From Nitrosospira multiformis ATCC 25196 (GTDB lineage: Bacteria; Pseudomonadota; Gammaproteobacteria; Burkholderiales; Nitrosomonadaceae), in NCBI RefSeq assembly GCF_000196355.1, contig NC_007614.1, positions 1,740,001-1,772,000 on the forward strand: a stretch of 32,000 nucleotides of DNA, written 5' to 3'. Positions within the stretch are counted from its first letter, which is position 1; every line of letters starts with the position of its first letter. The position numbers were made by a program, and so were the translations under genes. The notes beneath the pieces were generated by a model. It had not been told where the DNA came from. It made no database searches and worked only from the letters and a program-made list of their open reading frames with translations. Positions 23,177 to 32,000 of the stretch are shown here, one piece after another.

Positions 23177-24658
23177 TCAAAGCGAAGGTATTTCCGGATA
23201 AGGGTACAAAATGTTGAGAGCCACGCTTTTGCCCGCCGTTTCCACGATGCGCACATGCTCGCGCTTCAATTGGCGGGCGTGGCGCAAGCCGCAGGAGTAG
23301 GCAATCATATCGATTTCCCTGTTCATGTTTCTGGCATAATTGGCAACACGCAGGTATTTCTCCTGCACCACCAGACCCCGCTGCAAACGCCGATTATGGG
23401 TGGTGATACCAGTAGGGCAGGTATTCGTGTGACATCGCATGGCCTGGATACAGCCGAGTGAAAACATGAACCCGCGCGCGGTGTTGACAAAATCCGCGCC
23501 CGCACACAACGCCCACGCCGCCCGTGCCGCTGTCACCAGCTTACCTGCCGCAACCACACGTATGCGGTCTCTCAAGCCGGATTCCAGTAACGCATCCACC
23601 ACTCGTGGTAATGCTTCCGCAATGGGCAGGCTCATATGATCGAACAGCGTCTGGGGGGCGGCCCCGCTGCCCCCTTCGCCGCCATCAATAGTAAGAAAAT
23701 CCGGCGCATATTCGGAACCCCGGCGATTTACTGCGTCGCACAGTTCGTTAATAAAGTGCCATCCCCCGATGGCAGCCTTGACACCCACGGGCCGCCCGGT
23801 GAGATCGCGGATATGAGCAATCTTGTCGAGCAGTTCATCCACATTCCCGATGTCGCGATGACGATCGGGGCTGATTGAATCACGATGAGCAGGAATACCG
23901 CGGATAGCCGAAATTTCATTGGTTACCTTGGTTGCAGGAAGCAATCCTCCCTTACCCGGCTTCGCTCCCTGAGAGAGTTTTATTTCAAATGCCTTGACCA
24001 CCTTCGCAAGTTCCTTTGCCCGCTCCGGTGAAAAATTACCTTCCTGGTCGCGAATACCATACTTTGCAGTACCGATTTGCATGACAATATCGCCACCCCC
24101 TTCCAGATGATAAGGTGAGAGCCCACCTTCCCCTGTGTTCAGCCAGCATCCCGCCTCCGCCGCTCCCAGCGACAACGCGCGGACCGCGGGGGCTGAGATC
24201 GCGCCGTAACTCATTCCACTGATATTGATAATGGATTGCGCATTGAAAGGGTGCTCGCAATAGTCCTCGCCAATCACCAAGGGCGGAGTGGGCAACCGGT
24301 CGCTCTCCAATACGGGGAAAGCGACATTGACGAAAAAAATAGAGCCTGGCTCCCGCAAATCATTGGTCGAACCAAAACCGACGATACCCCCCTCATTCTT
24401 TGCATTCCTGTACACCCATGAGCGGGTAGCGCGATTAAAGGGCATTTCGCCCCGATCACTGGAAAAAAAGTATTGCCGGAAATACTCTCCCTGTTTCTCC
24501 AGGAAAAATCGCAGGCGTCCGATTACTGGATAGTTACGCAGGATGGAATGCTTCTTCTGTGTTACATCCTGAATGAACCAGAATATGACTATGCCTATCA
24601 CGATCAGACCGGCAATCGTGCCGAAACCGTATGAGATTACTTTCAATGCATCAGACAT
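23177..24658 (-). CDS. FMN-binding glutamate synthase family protein (GltB domain-2-like), N-terminally membrane anchored
   Basis: It has an N-terminal TM helix followed by RNYPVIGRLRFFLEKQGEYFRQYF, an FMN/substrate region ending IDGGEGGSGAAP, and an Fe-S-like Cys cluster CHTNTCPTG. Confidence 0.85.
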   Translation of the reverse strand: MSDALKVISYGFGTIAGLIVIGIVIFWFIQDVTQKKHSILRNYPVIGRLRFFLEKQGEYFRQYFFSSDRGEMPFNRATRSWVYRNAKNEGGIVGFGSTNDLREPGSIFFVNVAFPVLESDRLPTPPLVIGEDYCEHPFNAQSIINISGMSYGAISAPAVRALSLGAAEAGCWLNTGEGGLSPYHLEGGGDIVMQIGTAKYGIRDQEGNFSPERAKELAKVVKAFEIKLSQGAKPGKGGLLPATKVTNEISAIRGIPAHRDSISPDRHRDIGNVDELLDKIAHIRDLTGRPVGVKAAIGGWHFINELCDAVNRRGSEYAPDFLTIDGGEGGSGAAPQTLFDHMSLPIAEALPRVVDALLESGLRDRIRVVAAGKLVTAARAAWALCAGADFVNTARGFMFSLGCIQAMRCHTNTCPTGITTHNRRLQRGLVVQEKYLRVANYARNMNREIDMIAYSCGLRHARQLKREHVRIVETAGKSVALNILYPYPEIPSL

Positions 24659-24717
24659 GATGCCTCCGTATCACATTCAGCTAAAATACTCCATTCGTTC
24701 CGGTGAACATAATAAAA

Positions 24718-25587
24718 ATGTTTTACGATCATTTCACGTATCTGGAAACCGAAGTCAAGAATAACGTCAGCCAGGCGCTGCTCGAAGATGTGGGTGCAGG
24801 TGATCTCACCGCCAGCCTTGTTCCCTGTGACGAAACTGCGACCGCTACTGTGATCAGTCGTAAAGAGGCTGTGATGTGTGGAAGCCGCTGGTTTGAGGAA
24901 TGTTTTCGGCAACTGGAACCGCATGTCGAAGTGCGCTGGCATACGCGGGACGGCGAAACAGTCGGTGCCGGGCAGAAACTTTGTGCAGTGAAGGGTACTG
25001 CCAGGGCACTGCTGACAGGTGAACGGACAGCTCTCAATTTTCTGCAACTGCTTTCGGCTGTCTCCACCCAGACCCGGAGTTACGTGAATGCAATATCCGG
25101 AACGGGTGCAGTCATCGTCGATACCCGCAAGACCTTGCCGGGATTACGGCTGGCGCAAAAATATGCGGTTAAATGCGGGGGGGGAACAAACCACCGGATC
25201 GGTTTATATGATGGCATTCTGATCAAGGAAAACCATATCATGGCTGCCGGCGGTATTGAACCGGCACTGCGTGCAGCAAGGAGAATTGCCGCCCGGGGAA
25301 TATTCATTCAGATCGAAGTGGAAACACTTCAAGACCTTCGTACCGCCTTGGATGCCGGAGCGACGTTGATACTGCTGGATAACTTCGACCTGGAAGAACT
25401 GAGGGAAGCAGTAGTATTGAACGCGCGGCTAACCAATAAAGGCGCAGTGCTGGAAGCCTCCGGCGGAATCACGCTCGACAATGTCCGCGCAGTAGCCAGA
25501 ACCGGTGTGGACCGCATCTCCATCGGCGGCCTTACCAAGGATATAAAGGCCATAGACCTGTCGATGCGGTTTTCTTCCCGTAGTTGA
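24718..25587 (+). CDS. nadC: Nicotinate-nucleotide pyrophosphorylase (quinolinate phosphoribosyltransferase)
   Basis: LLEDVGAGDLTA, TGERTALNFLQ, DTRKT.PGLR and ILIKENH are all NadC hallmarks. The ATG at 24718 is preferred to the GTG at 24703. Confidence 0.9.
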   Translation: MFYDHFTYLETEVKNNVSQALLEDVGAGDLTASLVPCDETATATVISRKEAVMCGSRWFEECFRQLEPHVEVRWHTRDGETVGAGQKLCAVKGTARALLTGERTALNFLQLLSAVSTQTRSYVNAISGTGAVIVDTRKTLPGLRLAQKYAVKCGGGTNHRIGLYDGILIKENHIMAAGGIEPALRAARRIAARGIFIQIEVETLQDLRTALDAGATLILLDNFDLEELREAVVLNARLTNKGAVLEASGGITLDNVRAVARTGVDRISIGGLTKDIKAIDLSMRFSSRS

Positions 25588-25622
25588 CATGACCCCGCGA
25601 CAGGCGCAGTAGTCGCCTAATC

Positions 25623-25686
25623 AACCCATGGGTGAAAGAAAATAGCGAAAGGGGAGGAAATCCCATGTCTCTTTCATGGGTTTTTG
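25623..25686 (+). terminator. Rho-independent terminator downstream of nadC (possibly bidirectional)
   Basis: AACCCATG (25623-30) pairs with CATGGGTT (25675-82) and is extended by AAAGA/TCTTT after a 4-nt bulge. The run TTTTTG follows directly. Confidence 0.5.
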
Positions 25687-25714
25687 AGGGGCTTGAGAGT
25701 CTCCGAGCGGGAGA

Positions 25715-26878
25715 TTAGCCGGCACTCCCGCCCAATTCGTCGTGAACAATTGCCTTTCGCGGTTTTTGTGGTAACAGCAACTTTGACAACCATCGCTGGC
25801 GCTTCGCCATCTCCCACAGGAGCAAAGACATCCCGATACTCCATGCAAGACTCACAATGCTGTTTAGATACATATAAGGACTGATATGGCGCAGCGCGAC
25901 AAACGCCCGGGTTTGCAGGAAGCCATGAAAGATCAGGATAAAAAGTGTCCCCGATCCCAGATATGCCAGCGGTTTTCTGAAGAATGAAAAATTTTGCAGT
26001 AAGGAAGCGATACTGAACGTTATATATATTCCTGTCGCCGCCTCCATGGTCGATACAATCGCACTATCGTATACCCTTTCATTAAGATCAATGGTGTCAT
26101 CAAAATAAAAGTGCAGAGCAACAAACACCCCAGCAGATATAAATAAGCCGGGCAAGCTGAATTTCATCGATTTCGCGGGCTCGGCGAGCAGATATCCGAA
26201 GATAATGAAGGAAGATGTTATCGGAATAAGATCGGCGCCCCAGGGAAGTCCCAGGAATCGTCCTGGTCCCATAAGGCTGGCGGCTATTGCCGTAGGGTGA
26301 TGATAGGCATCGATAGAACTTATGCCCACCCCTAAGAGCAGAAGAGCAACTGACACTATCCATACCTTGTTGTCCGTGCAGGCTTCAATTGTCCTCAAAA
26401 TGATGAGGGATGCGATCAACGAAATAAAAAGATGCGGTAAAAACCATAGGGCAATCCACTCGATCGTATCCCCGGTCCCATAAAGCAGGCCTATAAAATA
26501 ACTGATGCCGCTCATCCCAGCTTCGCCGCCTCCACCTAGTTCGGCCCTCAGCATCTTGAGTACACCCAGGGCTGTCAGGACAACGAAATAGGGTTTCAGT
26601 AAGGATCCTGCCCGGCCTATTGCGAAACGCAGGATTCCGTCCGGTGCTCTCAAGAATATTCCTGCCAGGAAGAAAAACAAAGGCATGTGAAATGAGAAAA
26701 TAACTATATGGAGTTCGTTTTTCTCATGGGTTGACAGCCAATTATGTCCGAGTACGACAAAAAATATGCCGATTCCTTTTGCCACGTCGATTGTGCTATT
26801 GCGGGTCGTCATAACAAATAGCCGTCTGGAATAATGTGCATCGGTGGGAAATAGTTCCGGCAGGGCGGGGTAACGCAT
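25715..26878 (-). CDS. Acyltransferase family 3 (OafA/NolL-like) integral membrane protein
   Basis: It has the motif IDVAKGIGIFFVVLGHNW and about 10 TM helices. The start is uncertain: TTG 26908, ATG 26878, or ATG 26812, the last giving the most typical N-terminus. Confidence 0.75.
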   Translation of the reverse strand: MRYPALPELFPTDAHYSRRLFVMTTRNSTIDVAKGIGIFFVVLGHNWLSTHEKNELHIVIFSFHMPLFFFLAGIFLRAPDGILRFAIGRAGSLLKPYFVVLTALGVLKMLRAELGGGGEAGMSGISYFIGLLYGTGDTIEWIALWFLPHLFISLIASLIILRTIEACTDNKVWIVSVALLLLGVGISSIDAYHHPTAIAASLMGPGRFLGLPWGADLIPITSSFIIFGYLLAEPAKSMKFSLPGLFISAGVFVALHFYFDDTIDLNERVYDSAIVSTMEAATGIYITFSIASLLQNFSFFRKPLAYLGSGTLFILIFHGFLQTRAFVALRHISPYMYLNSIVSLAWSIGMSLLLWEMAKRQRWLSKLLLPQKPRKAIVHDELGGSAG

Positions 26879-26996
26879 TGCCCCTGAATCGCTATTGCTT
26901 TTAGACAAGAACTGCGGGATCAGATTCGAGATTGAAATATGTCAGCAACTGTTGAAAACTTTAGCGCTGATCACAGCAAGTCCGAAATCAATAGGA

Positions 26997-27068
26997 TCAG
27001 AGTCAATTGATCTTAAATGAGGTGATCGATCATTCTTTTTCTAATGATCAATCGAGTCTGACCTCATT
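26997..27068. repeat. Nested, mutually exclusive inverted repeats rich in GATC, between the PLAT gene and the acyltransferase gene
   Basis: TCAGAGTCAATTGATC (26997-27012) pairs with GATCAATCGAGTCTGA (27046-27061) at 14/16. AATGAGGTGATCGATCATT (27016-27034) pairs with AATGATCAATC...ACCTCATT (27043-27068) at 18/19 with a 7-nt bulge. Confidence 0.7.
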
Positions 27069-27081
27069 AAAATCCATATTA

Positions 27082-27987
27082 TTAAAGCAAGATAATATTG
27101 TCCAGCAGGGGCAACACAACTGATTCCTGCCCTTCTCCAGTATCGGTGCTCAAGGCACCAAGGGGCCACTTGGGAAGATGCACCAGAGGTACGACAAATT
27201 CAGGAGGTTGGCCGCCTTCAGGCTCGCTGAGACCGAACAGAAACAGGCGTGCGGGCGCCCAGGCGTCGTTACCCTTGATACTTAACCTGATCGAGTCAGC
27301 GTTCAGCTCAGCCCTTGTAAAAGGAATATCGACCGAGGCGAAATAAAAATTTGCCTGGGCCTGTTCCAGGTCATCCTGAGAAGTATCAGGAAAAACATGA
27401 TCTACGGCCACACGGCCATCAGCGGTGGTAATCCGAAGCGCGATATCGTCGTCGGTGCCGGCATTATCTACATCAGCGGTCGTCAAGAGTATGAGCAATC
27501 GTCGAATAACTACCGTTTGGTCTCCCAGTTGAACGCGTGCAGGAGCAAAGGAAAGCTTGCCTTCACCAGAGTCCGTGCTGAGGGCCACACCCACCAACTG
27601 ACCCGCAATTCCCGCATCCCCTTGCAACTCGGTATTCAGGGCAAGGGGAACGATCAATCCATCTTTTTGTTCCCCCCAGATGAATACACTTTTGGGACGC
27701 CACATGTCGTTGCCCCGGATACCGATGCGTATGGAGGAAGCATTCAGGTCCTGAGGATCGACCGTAGAACCGACAAAGGGCTGCGGCTCGAAGTCATCTT
27801 CTGTTATTTCATAGAGATTCGCTTGTCCTTGTTCCTGGTCGTTCTGCTCTGTATCAGGAAATGTGCGGTGCAAGACATCGAATCTGCCGCCTCTTACATT
27901 GATAATTAACACGATGGAACTGTCGGTACCGGAATCATCCGAATCGTCAGTCAGCATTCCGAACCATACGGTTTTAAGATCTGACAT
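27082..27987 (-). CDS. Tandem PLAT/LH2-like beta-sandwich domain protein (two ~150-aa internal repeats), no signal peptide
   Basis: GAGGAG RBS. The repeats share T-D-D-x-x-GTD...I-L-I...FPDT-Q-D-EQ-QAN-Y...SIR-I-GND-W-P...LSTD-GEG. The GTD...GND-W pattern is PLAT-like. Confidence 0.65.
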   Translation of the reverse strand: MSDLKTVWFGMLTDDSDDSGTDSSIVLIINVRGGRFDVLHRTFPDTEQNDQEQGQANLYEITEDDFEPQPFVGSTVDPQDLNASSIRIGIRGNDMWRPKSVFIWGEQKDGLIVPLALNTELQGDAGIAGQLVGVALSTDSGEGKLSFAPARVQLGDQTVVIRRLLILLTTADVDNAGTDDDIALRITTADGRVAVDHVFPDTSQDDLEQAQANFYFASVDIPFTRAELNADSIRLSIKGNDAWAPARLFLFGLSEPEGGQPPEFVVPLVHLPKWPLGALSTDTGEGQESVVLPLLDNIILL

Positions 27988-28094
27988 GATTGCTCCTCGC
28001 TTTATATATGAATATCAAGATCTGTTTTAAATATAGCGCCTCAGTTCATCTTGAGAAGCTTGAATCCAAACCTAGATTCTTGCCTTATGGCCGG

Positions 28095-31000
28095 CTAATG
28101 GGTGGATGATCCATTGAAATCAAGTCCCATCAAGCCAGGATTGCCGCCAGCAGCAGTGGTATTCACGCTAACCACCCGCTCAGCCGTCAGCCGATATAAA
28201 GGGAAGTCAGTGCCGGAGGCTGTAATGAATGCGACTAGAGCGCCTTCGCGTCCCGCCAGCTCGTTTCGGAGCCGGTACGCCTCATCTTCAGGGCCTGAAT
28301 AGAGCACCGCAGAAACGGGTGCGTGGATCCACTCCCGCTCGATGCGCAATCGATTCCGCACTTGCGACGGCAGCTTATCCAGCAACGCGCGCAAAGGCGG
28401 GTTATCAGCCAAGATAATCTGGTTGCCGGTTGCCAGTGCCGCCGCCATCTGCTCAAGCAATGCATCTTCGTCTACGGCAATACAAGCTACCGCTCTCCGT
28501 GGGGCGAATTTTAATGTATTGCTCTCGCCTGTCGGTCCCGGTAATGGAATGCTGAATGCAAAGGGTGTGCGCATCGCGTAATCCTCGCACAACGAGGCGA
28601 GTACGTCCCGTCCCGCTTGCCGAGCCCACGCGGCAAGCACTTGCAACTCAACTGGTGGACTGTTCACCCGCAGTCCGCCGTTATCCGCCAGCAAGAGGGG
28701 CGTCTGAGGCATCAGCCGATGCAGGTAGAGCGGCCCTCCGGCCTTGGGCCCGGTACCCGATTTGCCCTCCCCGCCAAAGGGTTGCACGCCGACCACGGCC
28801 CCGATCATATTGCGATTGACATAGATGTTGCCGGCATGCACACGCTTGGTAATGAAATCGATGGTCTCATCGACCCGACTGTGAATGCCATGCGTCAGAC
28901 CGTAGCCAGTCGCGTTGATCTGGCCAACAAGCTCGTCCACCCGTTCGCGGGCAAAACGCACGACATGCAGCACCGGCCCGAACACCTCACGCTCTAGCTC
29001 ATCTATATGATCAATCTCGATCAAGGTTGGTGCAACGAAAGTGCCGTTTGCGCAAACCGACGGTAGTGCCGCTTGGAACACGGTATGACCTGCCGCGCGC
29101 ATTTTTTCGATATGATCGAGCAGCGCGTGCTGAGCATCTGCATCAATTACCGGGCCGACATCGGTAGCGAGCTCCCGGGGATCCCCCACCGTGAGTTCTC
29201 CCATTGCCCCTCTCAGAACCTCCAGCACCTGTTCAGCGATATCTTCCTGCAAGCACAATACCCGCAGCGCCGAGCAACGCTGTCCCGCGCTATCGAACGC
29301 CGACGTCAGCGCATCCTGCACCACCTGCTCGATACGAGCGGATGAATCGACGATCATCGCATTCTGGCCTCCGGTCTCGGCGATGAAGAGGATTTCGCTT
29401 TTCTGCGCACGAAGGGCGAGTGTACGGCAAATGAGTTGCGCCACTTCGGTAGAGCCAGTGAAAATAACTCCACGCACCCGGACATCTTTGACAAGCTGCT
29501 CTCCAACCCTCTCGCCCTGTCCCGGCAAAAGCTGCAATGCTGCCCGTGGAATACCTGCCGCGTGCAGCAGCCTGACGGCAACGGCGGCAATCAAGGGCGT
29601 CTGCTCGGCTGGCTTCGCGAGTACGGGATTGCCGGCAGCAAGTGCGGCACTTACCTGGCCAATGAATATTGCCAGCGGGAAATTCCAGGGGCTGATACAG
29701 ACGACAGGGCCGAGCGCTGAAGACGGACTCATGTTGGGCCAGTCGCGTATCTGTTGCCCGTAATAACGGCAAAAATCAACCGCTTCACGCACTTCCGCGA
29801 CTGCATCCGGTAATGACTTGCCGGCTTCGCGTATCGCAAGTCCCATCAGTTCCGTGCGGTGCGCTTCCAGTGCATCCGCTGCCCGCTCAAGCATCGCGGC
29901 TCTGGCTTCATGCGATACACTTTGCCATTCGGCTACGAACGCGTGCGCGACAGCGATTGCATCTTCGACATCATGCTCGGTCGCCTCTACCACCGTGCCG
30001 GCGGAATCATTGCGATCAGCAGGATTGAGAACCCGTGAACCCGCATTTCCGGCATTCCCCCCCGCTGCCAGCACAGGCCTGGCTCTCCATTCACGCCTTT
30101 CCATTTCAGTCAATTCAGCAGACAGCGCAGCCAGCGCTTGCTCGTCGCTGAAATCAAGGCCTGCGGAATTCCTGCGCTTGTGGCCGTACAAATCGCCGGG
30201 TAAGGGAATCGCCGGATGAGGATGCACCCCCTCCTGTTCGATCTGACTGACTGGATCCGCAACCAGCTCTTCTACAACGATATCATCGTCGAGAATGCGG
30301 TTGACGAATGACGAATTTGCGCCATTCTCAAGCAGGCGGCGCGCGAGGTAAGCAAGCAGCGTCTCATAGCTGCCTACAGGCGCATAAATGCGGCACGGCT
30401 TTACGAACCGGTCCTCTTTCAGAAGTTCGACCTGGTCATACAGCGTCTCGCCCATCCCGTGCAGGTACTGGAACTCGTAATCTTCGATATCCGCATCCTG
30501 TGCTATTTGGTATACGGCTGACAATGTGTGTGCATTATGAGTGGCGAACTGGGGAAAGACCGCTTCCGCAGCGCGAAGAAGTTTCTGCGCGCAAACCATA
30601 TAGCATATGTCGGTGTGAATCTTGCGCGTGTAAACGGGATAGCCATCCAGCCCCTCTACCTGTGCACGCTTGATTTCCCCATCCCAGTATGCGCCCTTCA
30701 CAAGCCGAACCATGAGGCGATGACCGCTGCGCCGCGCAAGATCGATGAGCCAATCGACAACGAACGGGCATCGCTTCTGATAGGCCTGGACGACAAAGCC
30801 GATGCCATCCCAACCCGCAAGATCCGGGTCGAACACGAGCGCTTCCAGGAGATCGAGCGAGAGATCGAGCCGATCGGCTTCCTCCGCATCCATGTTGAAG
30901 CCCATGTCATAGTGCTTGGCAAGCAGCAGCAGTGATTTAAGACGTGGCAACAGCTCAGACATCACTCGCTCGCGCTGGGAGCGCACATAGCGGGGATGCA

Positions 31001-31760
31001 GTGCGGAAAGCTTTACTGAAATTCCTGGTCCCCTATAAATACCGCTCTTAATACCACCCTTGCCGCGCGACTTGCCGATAGCATGGATAGCCGAGGCGTA
31101 GGAAGTCCAGTAGCGCTGGGCGTCAGCCTCCGTTATTGCCGCTTCCCCCAGCATATCGTATGAATAACGATATCCCCGCATCTCGCGCTCACGGCTACGC
31201 TCCAGCGCTTCCTCGATGGTTTCGCCAATCACGAACTGGTGGCCCAGCATACGCATTGCCAGATCCATTCCTTTTCGAATCAGCGGCTCGCCCCCCTTTT
31301 CCATCAATCCGGATAATGCGGCTGACAGTCCATCTTCTCTGTGGGTCGAAACCAGCTTGCGAGAGATCAGAAGGCCCCAGGCCGCCGCATTTACGAAAAG
31401 CGAAGGGCTGTGTCCCACATGTACGCGCCAGTCACCCTTGCTGATCTTGTCCCGTATGAGACGATCTGCAGTCTCCCGATCCGGGATGCGCAGCAGCGCC
31501 TCGGCCAGGCACATCAGAGCTACACCCTCTTGACTCGACAGGGAAAATTCGTGCATCAAGGCATCCACGCCGCCCCTATGACTGTATTTGCCTCGCATCG
31601 AAGTCACCAGCTTACGGGCGAGTTCCTCAGCTCGGGCACGACTGCATGGCGGCCAATCGATCTGCCTCAACAAGCCATTCACGCTTTCAGTCTCATTGTG
31701 CCGATACGCGTGGGTAATTGCAGAGCGCAAGAAGCGAGGACAGGCGGCCGTTTTTCCCAC
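28095..31760 (-). CDS. putA: Bifunctional proline dehydrogenase / L-glutamate-gamma-semialdehyde dehydrogenase PutA, without an N-terminal RHH domain
   Basis: 1221 aa with a PRODH barrel region, an ALDH domain containing FTGSTEVA and the catalytic Cys in GQRCSA, and a C-terminal ALDH-like domain. The GTG start is preceded by TAAGGAAAAAC. Confidence 0.95.
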   Translation of the reverse strand: MGKTAACPRFLRSAITHAYRHNETESVNGLLRQIDWPPCSRARAEELARKLVTSMRGKYSHRGGVDALMHEFSLSSQEGVALMCLAEALLRIPDRETADRLIRDKISKGDWRVHVGHSPSLFVNAAAWGLLISRKLVSTHREDGLSAALSGLMEKGGEPLIRKGMDLAMRMLGHQFVIGETIEEALERSREREMRGYRYSYDMLGEAAITEADAQRYWTSYASAIHAIGKSRGKGGIKSGIYRGPGISVKLSALHPRYVRSQRERVMSELLPRLKSLLLLAKHYDMGFNMDAEEADRLDLSLDLLEALVFDPDLAGWDGIGFVVQAYQKRCPFVVDWLIDLARRSGHRLMVRLVKGAYWDGEIKRAQVEGLDGYPVYTRKIHTDICYMVCAQKLLRAAEAVFPQFATHNAHTLSAVYQIAQDADIEDYEFQYLHGMGETLYDQVELLKEDRFVKPCRIYAPVGSYETLLAYLARRLLENGANSSFVNRILDDDIVVEELVADPVSQIEQEGVHPHPAIPLPGDLYGHKRRNSAGLDFSDEQALAALSAELTEMERREWRARPVLAAGGNAGNAGSRVLNPADRNDSAGTVVEATEHDVEDAIAVAHAFVAEWQSVSHEARAAMLERAADALEAHRTELMGLAIREAGKSLPDAVAEVREAVDFCRYYGQQIRDWPNMSPSSALGPVVCISPWNFPLAIFIGQVSAALAAGNPVLAKPAEQTPLIAAVAVRLLHAAGIPRAALQLLPGQGERVGEQLVKDVRVRGVIFTGSTEVAQLICRTLALRAQKSEILFIAETGGQNAMIVDSSARIEQVVQDALTSAFDSAGQRCSALRVLCLQEDIAEQVLEVLRGAMGELTVGDPRELATDVGPVIDADAQHALLDHIEKMRAAGHTVFQAALPSVCANGTFVAPTLIEIDHIDELEREVFGPVLHVVRFARERVDELVGQINATGYGLTHGIHSRVDETIDFITKRVHAGNIYVNRNMIGAVVGVQPFGGEGKSGTGPKAGGPLYLHRLMPQTPLLLADNGGLRVNSPPVELQVLAAWARQAGRDVLASLCEDYAMRTPFAFSIPLPGPTGESNTLKFAPRRAVACIAVDEDALLEQMAAALATGNQIILADNPPLRALLDKLPSQVRNRLRIEREWIHAPVSAVLYSGPEDEAYRLRNELAGREGALVAFITASGTDFPLYRLTAERVVSVNTTAAGGNPGLMGLDFNGSSTH

Positions 31761-32000
31761 GTTTTTCCTTATGAGCGAAGCGATGATTCCTGATGGGAAG
31801 CTGATTACGGCAAAAAGTTATAAAAGCAGTGCAGAACGTTCTAGATTTTCGAATCGCTTTTTAGAGCTCCTCGGAAATCCTCCCTTTTCTGCCCCTATGC
31901 TAGCGGAAGAAGGGCTTGAAAAGCATAGAACGCTTAATCCAAGCCTGTCTGTTCGGCCCCTCACATATCCCCGATTGCTGCGCAGACTGAAAACTCCGTG

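Noticed and set aside
28102-31793. Numerous plus-strand ORFs (60-190 aa) opposite putA
   Set aside because: They are antisense to an intact putA and show typical shadow-ORF composition.
31907-32000. Possible start of a plus-strand gene (MLAEEGLEKHRTLNPSLSVRPLTYPRLLRRLKTP...) divergent from putA
   Set aside because: Only 31 codons fall within the window, there is no RBS and no recognisable motif. It cannot be supported.
1-32000. CRISPR arrays, rRNA/tRNA genes, and known defence-system hallmarks
   Set aside because: I found no evenly spaced direct repeats and no rRNA- or tRNA-like conserved blocks. None of the translated ORFs show cas, restriction-modification, reverse-transcriptase, TIR/SIR2 or similar signatures.

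Overview
This 32-kb window looks like chromosomal DNA from a Gram-negative proteobacterium. The gene set and IS type feel betaproteobacterial, but I cannot verify that without a search. Most of the window is housekeeping: the 3' end of cbpA with cbpM, a phospholipase-D/VTT fusion plus an EEP-family gene, an SRPBCC protein, a P2-type cation ATPase, a DsbA-like::NhaA fusion, osmC, dapA-bamC, clpB with a sigma32-type promoter, an FMN glutamate-synthase-family protein, nadC, an acyltransferase-3 membrane protein, a tandem-PLAT protein and putA. One apparently intact IS5-family element (IS427-group-like, with a programmed -1 frameshift) sits at 4729-5571. The stand-out is a ~5.6-kb accessory block (9715-15373) between the ATPase and nhaA. 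It carries a TrbK/EexN-like exclusion lipoprotein, an orphan regulator-like protein and an XRE/CI-like repressor gene. The repressor gene is flanked by two operator clusters built from one 17-bp palindrome, TACAAGT-N3-ACTTGTA. The first cluster is laid out like lambda OR: three sites, back-to-back promoters, and an apparently leaderless repressor mRNA. The second, 1.58 kb away, is laid out like lambda OL: two sites on a consensus promoter. The genes under this apparent control are lipoproteins, small unknown proteins and a DUF1624 membrane acyltransferase-like protein, not recognisable phage or conjugation machinery. I saw no rRNA, tRNA or CRISPR array by eye. All homology calls come from motif recognition in the supplied translations, not from database searches.
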